From: Dictyostelium discoideum
Lineage: Eukaryota
Assembly: GCA_000004695.1 (NCBI GenBank)
Contig: CM000151.3
Location: 3,744,001-3,808,000, forward strand
Length of the DNA stretch: 64,000 nucleotides
Reading direction: 5' to 3'
The notes below the pieces were generated by a model, which saw nothing but the letters and a program-made list of their open reading frames with translations, had not been told where the DNA came from and searched no databases. This document shows positions 38,792-54,584 of this stretch, in pieces; position 1 is the stretch's first letter, and each line of letters opens with the position of its first letter. A program made the translations under genes and the position numbers.

Positions 38792-41402
38792 TAATAATAA
38801 AAAATCAAACGTAAAGAAAAATTCATATAATAGTTTTAGAAATATTAATTTTTTAAATGAAGAATTTCCTCAGCTCTACACATATAATCCTGAAGAGCAG
38901 AATATAGAAACATACCACTACTACGAGGAAGAGGAAGAAGAAGAAGTAGAAGTAGAAGTAGAAGAGGGAGAAGAAGAAGAAGATAATTATCAAGATAAAA
39001 ATAAATTAAAGATATTTAACAATGAGATTAAAGAGGAATGGTCAAAATTACCAAGTGATATAATGGATAAAAAGAGGATTTGTATAGTTACAACTGAAAT
39101 AGAGGGACCAGTTTTGGGAGGTGGTATTGGAACGGCATATACAGCATTATCACAAAAATTGAATGAGGATGGACATCAAATTACAATTGTTTTAGTGAAT
39201 AAAGTGAAGAGATTAACAATGGAGCATTGGATAGAACTTTACGGACGACAAGGTATAGAGTTGGTGATTTTAGATTTCTTTCTATTGGATCCTCTATCGG
39301 TTGGATCAAAGGTTGCAATGGAAAATCAGAATAAATTGAACCCAAATGAAACTGATAATCTCATTGGAATGATAGGTTGTACTGGACCATGCATTAGATC
39401 CTATCGTACTTATCTTTGGTTATCAAGACACGAGAATCAATTTGATTTCATACATTTTCATGACAATGGTGGTATGGCCTATTTCTCAACTCTATCACAA
39501 CGTCAAGGTTTACACTTTCAAGAGGTAAACATTGTCATTGGTGGTCATGGTCCACATCTTTGGGAAAGAATCGCAAATTCTGCCAATCTAGATGATGGTA
39601 AACATTTCGAAGTAGATTATTTAGAAAGAAAATCGGTTCAATTCTCAAATTATCTTATATCACCAAGTAATTATATGTTAAATTGGATGACTTATAATCG
39701 TTGGGAAATTCCAAAGAATTCTTTTGTTCATCAAAATTTATTACCTGGTAAAAATCAACAATCCTTATCACCAATGTTATTAAATGATTTTTTATTTAAA
39801 CAACAACAACAACAACAACAAGATATTAATGCTGATCAGCAAGATGATGACAATGATAATGGTTTAGAATTACATGATTTTAATGAAATATTATTTTTTG
39901 GTAGATTAGAGTCAAGAAAAGGTTTAGATATATTTTTAAAAGCTTTAGAATCATTATCACAACAAATAAAGAGTTATTCAATGAAAATTACATTCCTTGG
40001 ATCAAATACGAAATTAATGGAATTCAATGTAATGGCTGATTTATATATTGATTCAGTTTGTAGACGATTGGATATTTATTGTCAAATTTTAGTTGGAAAA
40101 TCTCATACTGAAGCAATTCAATATTTAACTACCAATAAACATGATAAATTGGTTGTGGTCGCTTCACCCATTGATAATTCTCCAAATACCGTATTGGAAT
40201 GTTTAACTCATCGTTTATCTTTAATTGCAACCAATGTTGGTGGTATACCTGAACTCATTCATCCAAATGATAGAAAGAGGGTTTTATTCGATCCAAAACC
40301 AAAATCATTGATCAAATTAATTAAAACTTTAAAAGAAACTGGTATCTCTGCTGCTAGATTTTCAACTGATGAATGGACTCGTCAAATGATTTGGAGTAAT
40401 TGGCATTCTATTGCACAATTGGATTCTTCAATAACAAATAGAAATAGAAAATTAAATAGTGTTAGATTAGATAATATCAAAAAGAAATTATTAACTATAG
40501 TTTTAATATATGATAGAAGTAATTTAGAAACTTTATTAAAAAATATAAACTCTATTTCATCTCAACCATCACCATACTTTAATTATAATATTTTAATAGC
40601 AAAATCTTCAAAGATTCCTGGTGGTTCAACTGATAAAATCTCTCCAAAACTTTCAAAACTTTTAAAATCTTTAAATATTTTTTATCTTGTAACTGAAATT
40701 AATGATAGTTTATTACAACCATTTCAACCATGGAACTCAAAAGAAATATTAGAACATTCAACAGGTGATAATATCCTCTTTTTAGATCCTTTAGATTATC
40801 TCTCTTCAAATGCTTTATATCTATTAGGAAGAGTTGATCAATTTACAAATGCTCAAATTATCACTGGTTCAGTTTTATTCAGTGGAAATAATTCAATTAT
40901 AATTGATAAAGTTTTTGATCAAATTAATAAAAATATTGGAACTACTACTACCACTACTACCACCACCACCACCACTACAACCACCACTACAACTTCTTCA
41001 ACTACATCTTCTTCTTTAGATCATTCACCAGATACAAGTATAACTTCAATTTATATGGGATGTACTGGTATGCCTGGTATAATGTATAATTGTTATGGTA
41101 GTAGTAATTTATTAATAAGTAGAGTAGCTTTACAAGAATTAAGTAATCAATATCCTGTACTCAAGAAAAACAATAGCGCTGATAATGATCATTTTGATCA
41201 TTTAGATTTCAATAGCGATATTGAAAATAGTGGTACTTGGGACTTTTATGCTCATGCAACAAGTAATGGTTATTCTTTACAAACTATACCAAAGGTTTTA
41301 TTTATCTCTGATAGATTAGAATATGAACCTCAAATTACCTATAGTCAAGAAACTAGAGTTTTAAAAAATTTTGATAGTAAATATTATAATATTTTTATTT
41401 AA
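38580..41402 (+). CDS. large membrane-anchored glycosyltransferase (GT4-like domain); may continue into the downstream sulfotransferase exon (see 41502..42646)
   Basis: 940-aa ORF with an N-terminal hydrophobic anchor (IFAIFVICLFIFIL) and an acidic low-complexity tract. GT4-type core: ICIVTTEIEGPVLGGGIGTAYTALSQKL..ITIVLVN ... ILFFGRLESRKGLDIFLKALESL ... NSPNTVLECLTHRLSLIATNVGGIPELI. The C-terminal half has a poly-T linker and a further domain. A GTAAAT donor sits 25 nt before the stop codon. Confidence 0.8.
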
Positions 41403-41409
41403 TTTTATT

Positions 41410-41457
<48 letters not shown>

Positions 41458-41501
41458 AATTAATTTTTAATTTTTTTTTTTTTTTATTATCCAAAAAATA
41501 G

Positions 41502-42646
41502 ATATTCTACCACCAACATTTGAATTATCATCATTAGCGACAAGACATTTTTTAACAACAAAGAAGTTATATTTAAATGAGATTATTAATGTAAATACAA
41601 AATCAAAAGAATGCGAAAGATTATTAAATAGTGGTAACATCAATAATATTAATAGTAATAATAATAATAATAATAATAACCAAGAGTTAATTAAAATATC
41701 AAATGATAATTTTAATGAAAATGGTGAAGAGAATCATATGGAAAGTAGAAATCATATTAAAATGTTATTTGTTAGAGGTCATGAAAAGAGTGGAACAAGT
41801 TGGTTAAAAAAAGTTATTGATTTACATCCAAGAATTTTCATGGCAAAACAAGAGTTTCATTTCTCTATTATGGAGGAAGGTTTAGATAAATTTACATCGA
41901 AACCATGGGCAGCTGCACAAGAACCATATAAATCTTATAGTAGAAAATGGTATAGATCATTTGTTAGAAATATTTTATTATCAGGTGTATCACCATCATT
42001 GGCTCCATTAATTAATTGGATCGGTGAGAAAACTCCATCACCATTGGCACCAATTATCTCTGGTTCAAGATATATTCTAATCATTAGAGATGGTCGTGAT
42101 GTGGTTATAAGTTTATTTTGGCATTATGTAAGATTAGGTGGTTTTGAAAATTGGTGTGGTCCAAATCAACATCATTTAGTCAATCCAGATTATGTCAAAG
42201 AGTATCGTGCTGATAATGGTACAAAAGATTACTTCTCAATTTATCCAGAAAGATTATTGGAAAAAGAAATTTGCTTTAGAAAAATCGCTTCTGGTTGGGC
42301 AAAACGTGTTAGAGAGGATCAATCTGTCATTGATGCATTACAATCGAATCCAGTTGCTTCGGTTTTCTCTTTACGTTATGAAGAATTACATAGAAATCCT
42401 GAAGAAAATAGAAAAGCTCTTTACCAATTTTTAGATTTAGATTATAATGAAGCTGAACCATTATCTGTTGAAGATAAAACTATACCCGGTGGTTTCGATG
42501 AAAAATCTGATAAAAATAAATTCTTTAGAAAAGGTGAAATTGGTGATTGGAAAAATTATTTCACTGATAATAATAAACGTTGGTTTAAAGAAGAAACTGG
42601 TAGTTTATTAGTTGATTTAGGTTATGAATTAAATAATGATTGGTAA
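41502..42646 (+). CDS. sulfotransferase-domain protein segment; no ATG of its own for about 80 codons, likely 3' exon of the glycosyltransferase gene
   Basis: The frame is open from 41471. The first ATG is at 41738, but upstream in-frame sequence is clearly coding (ILPPTFELSSLATRHFLTTKKLYLNEII...). It carries the PAPS-binding motifs: 5'-PSB HEKSGTSWL and 3'-PB YILIIRDGRDVVISLFWH. A TAG acceptor lies at 41499..41501. Dictyostelium Kil1 is a comparable Golgi sulfotransferase, but identity is not claimed. Confidence 0.7.
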
Positions 42647-42696
42647 TAAATAAAATAATAAACTATATTTAATAATATTTATTTATTTGTTTTTTT

Positions 42697-42727
<31 letters not shown>

Positions 42728-42785
42728 CATAATATTTAATAATAATTTATTTTATTTTATTTATTTTTTTTGATTTAAAATTGAT

Positions 42786-44150
42786 TTATCTTAATTTAAC
42801 AGATAAATGATTTTCTAATTTTTCACGTAAATTAAATTGAAGAATATCAATCTCTTCATTTGTTAAATTTCTATCCATTGAACGATAATAAATTCTATAG
42901 CAATGAGAAGTTTTATTTAATTTTTTATTTGTAAAATTATCAACTAAATCAACTCTTTCAACTAAATCACCACATGATTCACGAACAAATTCATAGAATT
43001 TATTTTCATGAAAGTTTTCTTCATCTTCTAACCAAAAACTAACATCTTTAAAGCATGATGGATATTTACTAAATTGTTGAAATTGAACACCTTTAATATC
43101 TATATCAGATAATGTTGAGGAGGAGGAGGAGGAGGAGGAGGAGGAAGAGGAAGATGAAGTACTGATAGACTTATCAACTCCTTTAAATTGATTATGAAAT
43201 CTATTATCTTCAGTCCAAAATAAACGAATATCAGGAATATTGAATAGGATCATTGCTAATCTTTCTAAACCAATACCAAAGGCCCATGCTCTATCATTCG
43301 ATAAACCACAATTATTCATGATTGAAGGATGAACAACACCACAACCTAAAACTTCTAACCATTGACCTTGGAAATAAATTTCCATTTCAAATGAAGGAGA
43401 AGTGAATGGGAAATAAGCATCAATCCAACGAACTTGTAAATCTTGACCAATGACACTACGTATCATTGATTCTAATGATTGTTTAAGATCTTTTTCAACA
43501 TCTTTTACTGATTGCAATTGTTTATAGTTATTATCTTCATAGTAATCTATGGTTTCATCGAATGGTTTACCATCTATAGCTAAATTTACTTTATCTTTGA
43601 ATACTTTTACACCTTCCATTTGATGAAAAACTGGATAGTGTACAGCATCGATAGTATCTCTACGATAGACATCACCTGTTACCAAGAATGCTTTTTCTTG
43701 CTCACGTAAAAGTTGAGATTGATGTGCACTTGTATGAGTTCTTAACAATTGATCCTTACTGAAATAGTAGGTATCATTTGGACTTCTTCCAACATGATCC
43801 ACTGGAAATAATAATTCATCAAAGTTCTCTTTAACACTTACTTTTGGTTCAAATGAATCAAAGAATTGGAATTTATGTTCTTCATCTGATAATTTATTTT
43901 GAAAATGATATTGAATCTTTTTCTTTATAATATTCAATGGATGATCTCTTTTACAATGTAAATTCTTACCAATCTTTTCTGTAATTGATTTTGAAATATT
44001 TCCATTCTCTGGTATTAACTTTGTATAGTCAATTTTACCACTACTATTGTTAGTTGTAGAACAATAAAAATTTATATTTAAATAACTTTTATTTAATCCA
44101 TCATATCTATTAACTATATTATTATTAATATTTCTTAAAATTTTGATCAT
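42786..44150 (-). CDS. phenylalanine--tRNA ligase, mitochondrial (monomeric FARS2-type)
   Basis: Single 454-aa ORF with class II aaRS motifs: FPVDHVGRSPNDTYYF, LRTHTSAHQSQLL, FLVTGDVYRRDTIDAVHYPVFHQMEGV and GQWLEVLGCGVVHPSIMNNCGLSNDRAWAFGIGLERLAMILFNIPDIRLFW. N-terminus looks like a presequence and a C-terminal anticodon-binding domain is present. Confidence 0.85.
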   Translation of the reverse strand: MIKILRNINNNIVNRYDGLNKSYLNINFYCSTTNNSSGKIDYTKLIPENGNISKSITEKIGKNLHCKRDHPLNIIKKKIQYHFQNKLSDEEHKFQFFDSFEPKVSVKENFDELLFPVDHVGRSPNDTYYFSKDQLLRTHTSAHQSQLLREQEKAFLVTGDVYRRDTIDAVHYPVFHQMEGVKVFKDKVNLAIDGKPFDETIDYYEDNNYKQLQSVKDVEKDLKQSLESMIRSVIGQDLQVRWIDAYFPFTSPSFEMEIYFQGQWLEVLGCGVVHPSIMNNCGLSNDRAWAFGIGLERLAMILFNIPDIRLFWTEDNRFHNQFKGVDKSISTSSSSSSSSSSSSSSTLSDIDIKGVQFQQFSKYPSCFKDVSFWLEDEENFHENKFYEFVRESCGDLVERVDLVDNFTNKKLNKTSHCYRIYYRSMDRNLTNEEIDILQFNLREKLENHLSVKLR

Positions 44151-44354
44151 TTTTTTTTTTTATTTGGATATTAAAAAAAATAAAAAAAAATTAAAAAAAA
44201 ATTAAAAAACAATTTAACCACAATTCGTTCGATTTTTTTTTTTTTTTTTTTTTTAATTTTGTTTTTATTTTTTGGTTTTTTTTTTCTTTCTCGCATTAAT
44301 AAAAAATATATTAATATATAAAAAAAATAATAAATTAAAAAAAAATATAAATAA

Positions 44355-45149
44355 ATGAAGAATATAGATTTAGATGAAATTGATAGATTAATAGAAGGAA
44401 GAGTTACAAATATAAATTCAGCATATAAATCTGAAGAGTTTAAAAAGTCAGTAGAGTCATGGAAAGAACAAAGAAACTCTCTAAGAGAATCTCTTTTAGA
44501 ATTTTGGCAAGATAATGAAGAAAAAATAAAATTTACAAATTGGTGGAAATCTTTATCAAGACAATATAAACAAGGTATGTTTTTAGAATATTCAATTTTT
44601 AAAAAAATAAAAATAAAAAAAAAAGAAATTCTTACTTTTAATTTCTCTCAAATTCTAATATTTTTTATTTTTATTTTTATTTTTATTTTTATTTTTATTT
44701 TTATTTTTATTTTTATTTTTATTTTTTTTTTCATTATTGTAGCAATGATATTAACATCAATTGACGATTTAAAACAATCATTAGATTTATATGATAACTA
44801 TGCACCAATTGCTAGTCCAGAATTATCAGAAGAAGAATTAGATTTTTTATTATTAAATGATATCCCAAAGGATAATAATGACCCAATCGAGGAGGATAGC
44901 TTTTTTAAACCACCACCAACACCAACTCTCATTAAACTTATAAATAGTTTGGTAGATTCAAAAGAAAATGACCCAAAAATATTCATTGGTCTTGATAGAA
45001 TGAAATTGTTTTTTAGTGATTTGGATGACCCTTCCAATGTAGTTCAATCAATGTTGGTCGTTAGATCTTGGATAATAATGGGTTTTATTGTAAAAATCCT
45101 CGGTTTATTTAATTCAGAGTTGGATCAACCAGAAGAAGAATTTAATTAA
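44355..45149 (+). CDS. hypothetical acidic protein, 2 exons
   Basis: Exon 1 44355..44574 (donor GTATGT, phase 1) and exon 2 44743..45149. The intron contains an (ATTTTT)n repeat that the unspliced ORF reads as FIFIFIF. No family recognised. Confidence 0.55.
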   Translation: MKNIDLDEIDRLIEGRVTNINSAYKSEEFKKSVESWKEQRNSLRESLLEFWQDNEEKIKFTNWWKSLSRQYKQGMFLEYSIFKKIKIKKKEILTFNFSQILIFFIFIFIFIFIFIFIFIFIFIFFFIIVAMILTSIDDLKQSLDLYDNYAPIASPELSEEELDFLLLNDIPKDNNDPIEEDSFFKPPPTPTLIKLINSLVDSKENDPKIFIGLDRMKLFFSDLDDPSNVVQSMLVVRSWIIMGFIVKILGLFNSELDQPEEEFN

Positions 45150-45212
45150 TTTACTATATGGAAATATATTTTAATTATAATTTTTTAAAAGGTAATTGAA
45201 ATTTTTTTTTTT

Positions 45213-45244
<32 letters not shown>

Positions 45245-46130
45245 TTTTTATTCAAAGTACTTTAAAAAAAATAATAATAAAAAAAAAAAAATAAAAAAAA
45301 AAATTGGTTTATTCTATTTTTAATTTTATTTTTATTTTATTTTATTCAATGAAATTTCATTTTTTTTTTCTTTTTTTTCAAAAAATTGTTTAGATAAAAA
45401 AAAAAATAAAAAAAATAATTTGTGAAAAAAAAAAATTAAAAATCACCCCACATGTGGGAATTAATTTTCAATTAAATAATAATAAATTAAACACAACAGA
45501 GGGGTAATAATGGCCTATAATTTATTGTTTTAAAAATCTAAACATTTTTAAAATAATATTAAAATTAAAATAAATAAAAAAAAAGTTTAAAATTAAAAAA
45601 AGTTTTTTTTTATTTATTTTTTTTTTATTTAATTTTTTTTTTTTTTTTTTTTTTTTTCTCAAACTAACCTCAAAAAATTCCAAATTAGAAAAATCTGGCA
45701 TATTAAGGCTTTGGGGTTAAAATAAAAAAAATAAAAAAGAAAATGAAAAATAAAGAAAATAATATTAAAATTTAAATTAATATTAATTTCATCGGTTAAT
45801 GCATCAAAAAATTAATTCACACCCCACAAATTCCTTTTTTTCAAATAACATCATATAAACACAACAGTAACACTAATATTAAAAAAAGATCCTTTTTTTT
45901 GTTTTTCTTAACCTATTTTTTTTTTTTTAAAAAAAAAAAAATAAAAAAAAATAAAAAATATTTTTTAAAAAAAAAATCATAATAAATACTTTAAAACCTT
46001 GTATTAAAATAAAATATATAGAATTTATATGTTATATTTTTCTTATTTTTTTCTATACATAAAAATTCTTTGTAATACTAAAAAAAAATAAAAAATTAAA
46101 ATAAATAATAAATAAATAAATAAAAAAATA

Positions 46131-46190
<60 letters not shown>

Positions 46191-46252
46191 AATAAAACAA
46201 AATAAAATAATTTAAAATAATTAAATTATAATATAAAATAATAATAAATAAA

Positions 46253-47311
46253 ATGGGTTTAAAAATTGTTGACGGTTCAATTGTACATGACAATTTAACT
46301 TCTTCATCGCCTCCATCAGTCACAAATTCTTCACCACTTTTAAATACTAAAAGAAGAAACAGTATTACTAGTTTAAGTGATTATAAAAAAAATAAAGATA
46401 CTTTAAATAATTCAAATAATAATATAAACCAACCTTTTGAAAATAGTAATAATTTTAATAACAATAGTAAAGAAATAAAAAATGAAAATAAAATTAAAAA
46501 TTTTTTCCAACATTTATTTTCAATATTACTATTAAAAAATCCAACAATGATTCAAATAATTGAAACATTAGAACTCTCAACAAACATTTACAATATTCAA
46601 TTTAAATTAAAATATTTATTGGCCATATGTGTTTCCTCTCAAATAATTTTCAAATCTTCTGGATTACTTATTACTTTGTTAGTTTTATATTTGGGAACAT
46701 TTTTTAATAAAATTTCAATAAATAATAAAGATAAAAATAAAAACAATAATACAATAGATTATAGTTTAAAAAACAATAATATTGATACAAGTTTAATTAA
46801 AGATATAAATAATAGTGTTATTAGTAATAATAGTAGCAATAGCAATAATAATAATATTAATAATAGTAATAATAATAACAATAATAATAATAGAATATTG
46901 TCACCGAATCAGTTATCAAAATCATCAAATGTTGAATATAATAAATGTAAATGTAAATCACCAACAACATCATCCAATAACTATCTTTCAAGTAGTCAAA
47001 GTAGAGTTCAAACATTATCTTCACCAAATATTTCACCTTGTAATATTTGTGTTTCACCAAATCTTTTATATAATTCATTATCGTCATTATCATCATCGTT
47101 ACCAATCAATTCATGCAACTATAGTATGAGTGAACAAGAAGGTGATGAATTTGAAAGTAACTTTGACTTTGAAGATAGCCAATATGAAGAGTCTGATGAG
47201 GAAGATAACTCTAGTCCAGCTTTTCATCTTTATAGCTCACCAAATCTCAGAGTTGCTTGTAATAAAATATCAACATTTTCACCAAATGGAAGAAAATTAG
47301 GAACAAATTAA
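46253..47311 (+). CDS. hypothetical S/N-rich protein with one predicted hydrophobic segment
   Basis: 352-aa ORF of low complexity (poly-N, poly-S). Hydrophobic stretch AICVSSQIIFKSSGLLITLLVLYLGTFF. Preceded by (AAAT)n at 46124..46190. Confidence 0.5.
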   Translation: MGLKIVDGSIVHDNLTSSSPPSVTNSSPLLNTKRRNSITSLSDYKKNKDTLNNSNNNINQPFENSNNFNNNSKEIKNENKIKNFFQHLFSILLLKNPTMIQIIETLELSTNIYNIQFKLKYLLAICVSSQIIFKSSGLLITLLVLYLGTFFNKISINNKDKNKNNNTIDYSLKNNNIDTSLIKDINNSVISNNSSNSNNNNINNSNNNNNNNNRILSPNQLSKSSNVEYNKCKCKSPTTSSNNYLSSSQSRVQTLSSPNISPCNICVSPNLLYNSLSSLSSSLPINSCNYSMSEQEGDEFESNFDFEDSQYEESDEEDNSSPAFHLYSSPNLRVACNKISTFSPNGRKLGTN

Positions 47312-47789
47312 TAAAATTATATATATATATATATACACACTAAATAATATTAAAAAAATAAAATTAAACTAATTGTATATTTTTGTAATCAATCTATATT
47401 TGATAATGAAAAAAATAAGATAAAAAAAATTGAGAAAATTAAAAGAATTCTTTTATAAATATCAATAATCTTTAATATATTATTTTAATATATTTTATTT
47501 GTCTTTTAAGTGTTATTAAAAAAAATAATAAACTGAAATAATTAACTAAAAAAATTCATTTTCATCAATATGCTAATTTTTTGGATATATTTTTAAAAGT
47601 TCATAAAACAATTAATTTTTTTTTTTTTTTATATTTAATTATTTATTTTTATTATTTTTATTAAAATTAGTCTTAACTATTTTAAAAAAAAAAAGATTTG
47701 AATAGATAATACCTAAGATTCATAGGTTAGATATAGATAATTTCGAAAACTAATTTTATTTTTTTATTTTATTTTATTTTATTTATTTT

Positions 47790-49130
47790 TTAATCATATA
47801 ATTGTTTAGTCCAATCAAACGGATCAAAATTTTGTTTAAAATTTTTAATTAAATAACTTTCATCAGATTTTGATCTTCTTTTATTATGAATATCATCTAA
47901 ATTTAATTCTAAAATTCCCATTACAACCGTTTTAGCAAAGTCATGTGGAAATTCGGATTCCTTATCGATTGGATGAAGATAGCCAATTTGTTTATAACCA
48001 AATTCAACCCAAAGATAAGGAAATCCTTTTGGGATTGAATTTTTAAGTCCACCTTTCTTTATTGTATCGATTAGTTTATGAGGTGCCCATTCACTTTCAC
48101 TTTCGATTAAGGATTTTTTAAAGTAAGCTGGAGCAGTTGTAAAGTTATCGTAGGTTAAAGGAATACAATCGATGATGGTGTGGCGTTGTTGTTTAAATTT
48201 CATAGCGGTTTCAATAAAGATTGGATAACGATCTTGTTTTGCAAACATTTGAATTAAACATTTCTTAAAGTTTTGAATTTCATCCCAAGTGTCTTCATCA
48301 GTTTCTACACAAGAAATTGTATGAGCAATTGGTATAATTTGACAATGACCACTTGCTAATTGACCTCTACTTGGTAGTTGTAAATAACAAGATGTTCCAG
48401 TTGCAATCACCATCTCTTTTATTACATTGGATTGACAATACCAACATTTATCTAAAATCATAGAAACACGGCGATCAGATTCAATGGCTTTTTCTTTGAA
48501 TCTTTGAATATCTTTCCCTTGTGCCTCTTTTCTCTTCTTTTCTGATGGTTGTTTTTGATTTGACTTATCAAATTCAGGACCAAAATCTTCACGATCATCC
48601 TTTGTCCATGCATTTGATTTCGATATTGTCTTTAAGAAATCATAATCCATATCTCTACTACTCTCAAATGTTCGTGATTGTTTCTTTTCCATTGATACCA
48701 ATGTTTCCAAATCATAATGTTTATCATCACTATAGTATTGGTTTTGTTCTTGTTCTCCTTTTTTTAAATCAAATCTTTCTCTAATCTTTGGATCCATTGA
48801 TTTCAATTTCTCTTGTTCTTCCTTTTCTCTATTCGATGTTGTTGTACTGGATATATTATTCTTTTCATTTAAAAATATCTTTCTACCAAATTGATCTAAA
48901 CCTGATAATTTTATTTTTGATGAATTATCAATAGTATTGTTGTTTGTTGATTCTACTATTGTTGAATTGGTGGTGGTTGTTGTTGTGGATGCTGATGTTG
49001 ATTCTTTTAATTGCTTAATTTGGCTTTCAATTTTTTCAATTTTTTCTTTATCTCCAATCATTTTTGCTTTCATTAATTCACCCGATAATTTATTTAAGTT
49101 CATTGGTTTTTTAATTGCTGTTGTTGTTGC

Positions 49131-49176
<46 letters not shown>

Positions 49177-50477
49177 GGTAAAGTTGAAGAAGTTGTTGGT
49201 AAAGTTGTTGTTGTTGTTGTTGTTGCTGCTGCTGTTGCAGGTGATATAATTGTATTATTTAATTCATGTGATTCATTTGATTCATTTGGCTTTATTTCTT
49301 TTTTGACATAATCTTCAAGCCTTGGTTGCTCAGTTCTTACAACCTCATACCTTTTTTCATCTCTCTTTGCTTCATTCTTGTGCTTTTCGGTAATGAATCC
49401 TTCATTTCTTTTAAAATTTTCACTTTCTTTATCATAATGAGTTCTATTATCATAATTACCACTATCTTTATCATTTCTACCACTATCTTCATTATCTCTA
49501 CTTCTATTCCTATCTTCATAGTCTCTATCTCTGTCTCTGCCTCTATCTCTATCCCTATCTCTGTCTCTATCTCTATCTCTGTCTCTATCTCTATCTCTAT
49601 AGTCTCTATCTCTGTCTCTGTCTCTATCTCTGTCTCTATAGTCTCTGTCTCTATAGTCTCTATCTCTGTCTCTGTCTCTATAGTCTCTATCTCTGTCTCT
49701 ATCTCTATCTCTTTCAGATGACGAAGAAGATTTTCCCCATTTTAATTGAGAGAATTGATTTGGTTTTTTCATTTGTTGTGAAATGTCATCAGTTTTGTCA
49801 TCATTTAAGAGATAATCTTTTGTTGGTTCTTTTGATCTATGACGATGACTTCCTGTATGATATGGATATTTTGAAGAAGATGATGATGATGATTCTATTT
49901 TATTTATCTCTGATTGATCGAATCTTTCATTTAATACCTTATTTAAATCAGTATCTGTTTCGATTGCTTGTTGTTTTGAACGTAACAATTTCTTTGCTCT
50001 CCAAGAGGCCCCACCATCTCCAACAAAATATGAAGGTTTAGCATCATTGGTAGAGGATGATGATGATGATGATGATGATGAAGATGATGTTTGATTATTA
50101 CTATTTTTATCTCCTCCTTCTAAATTATCTCTTAAGATATCCAATGATTTAACTAAACCAGATGTCTTTGATAAAATTCGGGTCAATTCTTCATCCCTTT
50201 CTCTCTTTTTATCTCTCTCGCTTTGTTTATCTTGATTCTTATTAAATTGTTGTAACCATGACTCGCTTTCAAACTTATCGCTACCAGCACCACCATTGTT
50301 GATTGGTAATGACATCCAATCATCTCTTTTTACTTCATCTTTTGGGTTTTCTTGAAAATTATTACTTTTATCATTTTCACTTTTATTTTTTTTATTACTC
50401 TTTTCTTTATTTTCTTTTTTCTTTCTTTTGCCACTATCAGAATTTTCTTTAACTTCGATCCATTCGTCGTCTGACAT
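47790..50477 (-). CDS. cwf19l2: CWF19-like protein 2 homolog (CwfJ C-terminal domains 1 and 2) with RD/RDY repeat tract
   Basis: 895-aa single-exon ORF. C-terminus: DKCWYCQSNVIKEMVIATGTSCYLQLPSRGQLASGHCQIIPIAHTISCVETDEDTWDEIQNFKKCL..YPIFIETAMKFKQQRHTIIDCIPL..FPYLWVEFGYKQIGYLHPID. A long (DRDRDRDY)n tract is encoded by CTCTATCTCTGT-type repeats at 49500..49700. Confidence 0.8.
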
Positions 50478-50806
50478 TATTATGATATTTTATATTTTTT
50501 TTTTTATTTTTTTTTTATTTTTTTTTTATTTTTTTGATCTCATGAATAAATTTAAAAAAAAAAAATAAAAAAACCAAAATAAAAAAAAAAAATAAAAATT
50601 ACAAACCGTATGATAGTTTGTAATATATAAAATTATTATTTATTTGTCTTTAAAATTTTTAAGAGATTATATAAAAAAAAAAAAAAAAATAAAATAAATA
50701 AAAATTAAAAAAAATAAAAATTAATTTAATTAAAAAATAAAAAATAAAAAATAAAATTTATTCCCACTTTTTTTTTTTTTTTTTTTTTAATTTTCTTTTT
50801 CCTTTT

Positions 50807-50844
<38 letters not shown>

Positions 50845-50896
50845 GTAATTTTATATATATATTAATTTTTTACACATTAATTTTCAACAATTAAAA

Positions 50897-52212
<1,316 letters not shown>

Positions 52213-52505
52213 ATCAAAACTTCTTTTTTTTTTTTTTTTTGTTCATTATTTTGTAAATAGATTATATATAAAGAGAAATAAAATTATTTTGATAAAAGTT
52301 TAAACTTTAAAAATAAAAAAAAAAAATTAAAAAAAAAATAAAAAAAAAAAACCAATTCAATATTAGATTAAGACAATGTAATTTATTAAAAAATAATCAA
52401 TTTGATTATTATTTTTTTTATTATTTTTTTTATTTTTTTTTATTTTATTTATTACTATTATTATTATTATTTTTAAATTTTTAATATTATTTAGTAGCAG
52501 TATTT

Positions 52506-54173
<1,668 letters not shown>

Positions 54174-54553
54174 TTTTTTTTTTTTTTTTTTTTTTAATAT
54201 TTATTTTTTTTTTTTTTTTTAATATTTATTTTTTTTTTTTTTTAATATTTAATAATAATATTTATATTTTTAATTTTTTTTTTATTATTATTAACTCTAT
54301 AGATGAAAAAATATTTTATTGAAATGATATCATTATAGAAAAATTATTATATTTAATTTCTATAATTTTAATTTTATTAGATTTATTAATTTTCATATGG
54401 ACAAATGATTATAATTTAATAAATTTTTTTTTGAGAAAAAAAAGAAAGAAAGAAAAAAGAATTTGAACCTTTTTAAAGATTTATAAAAATTATTTTGATT
54501 TTATTATAATTTTAAAAAAACATTTAAATTAATAAAAAAAAAATAATAATAAT

Positions 54554-54584
<31 letters not shown>

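Noticed and set aside
49326-50041. Plus-strand ORFs (131 aa with an SISVS repeat, and 107 aa) and 48937..49311 (+)
   Set aside because: Antisense of the CWF19L2 RD-repeat and poly-T tracts; their periodic composition mirrors the sense-strand repeats.
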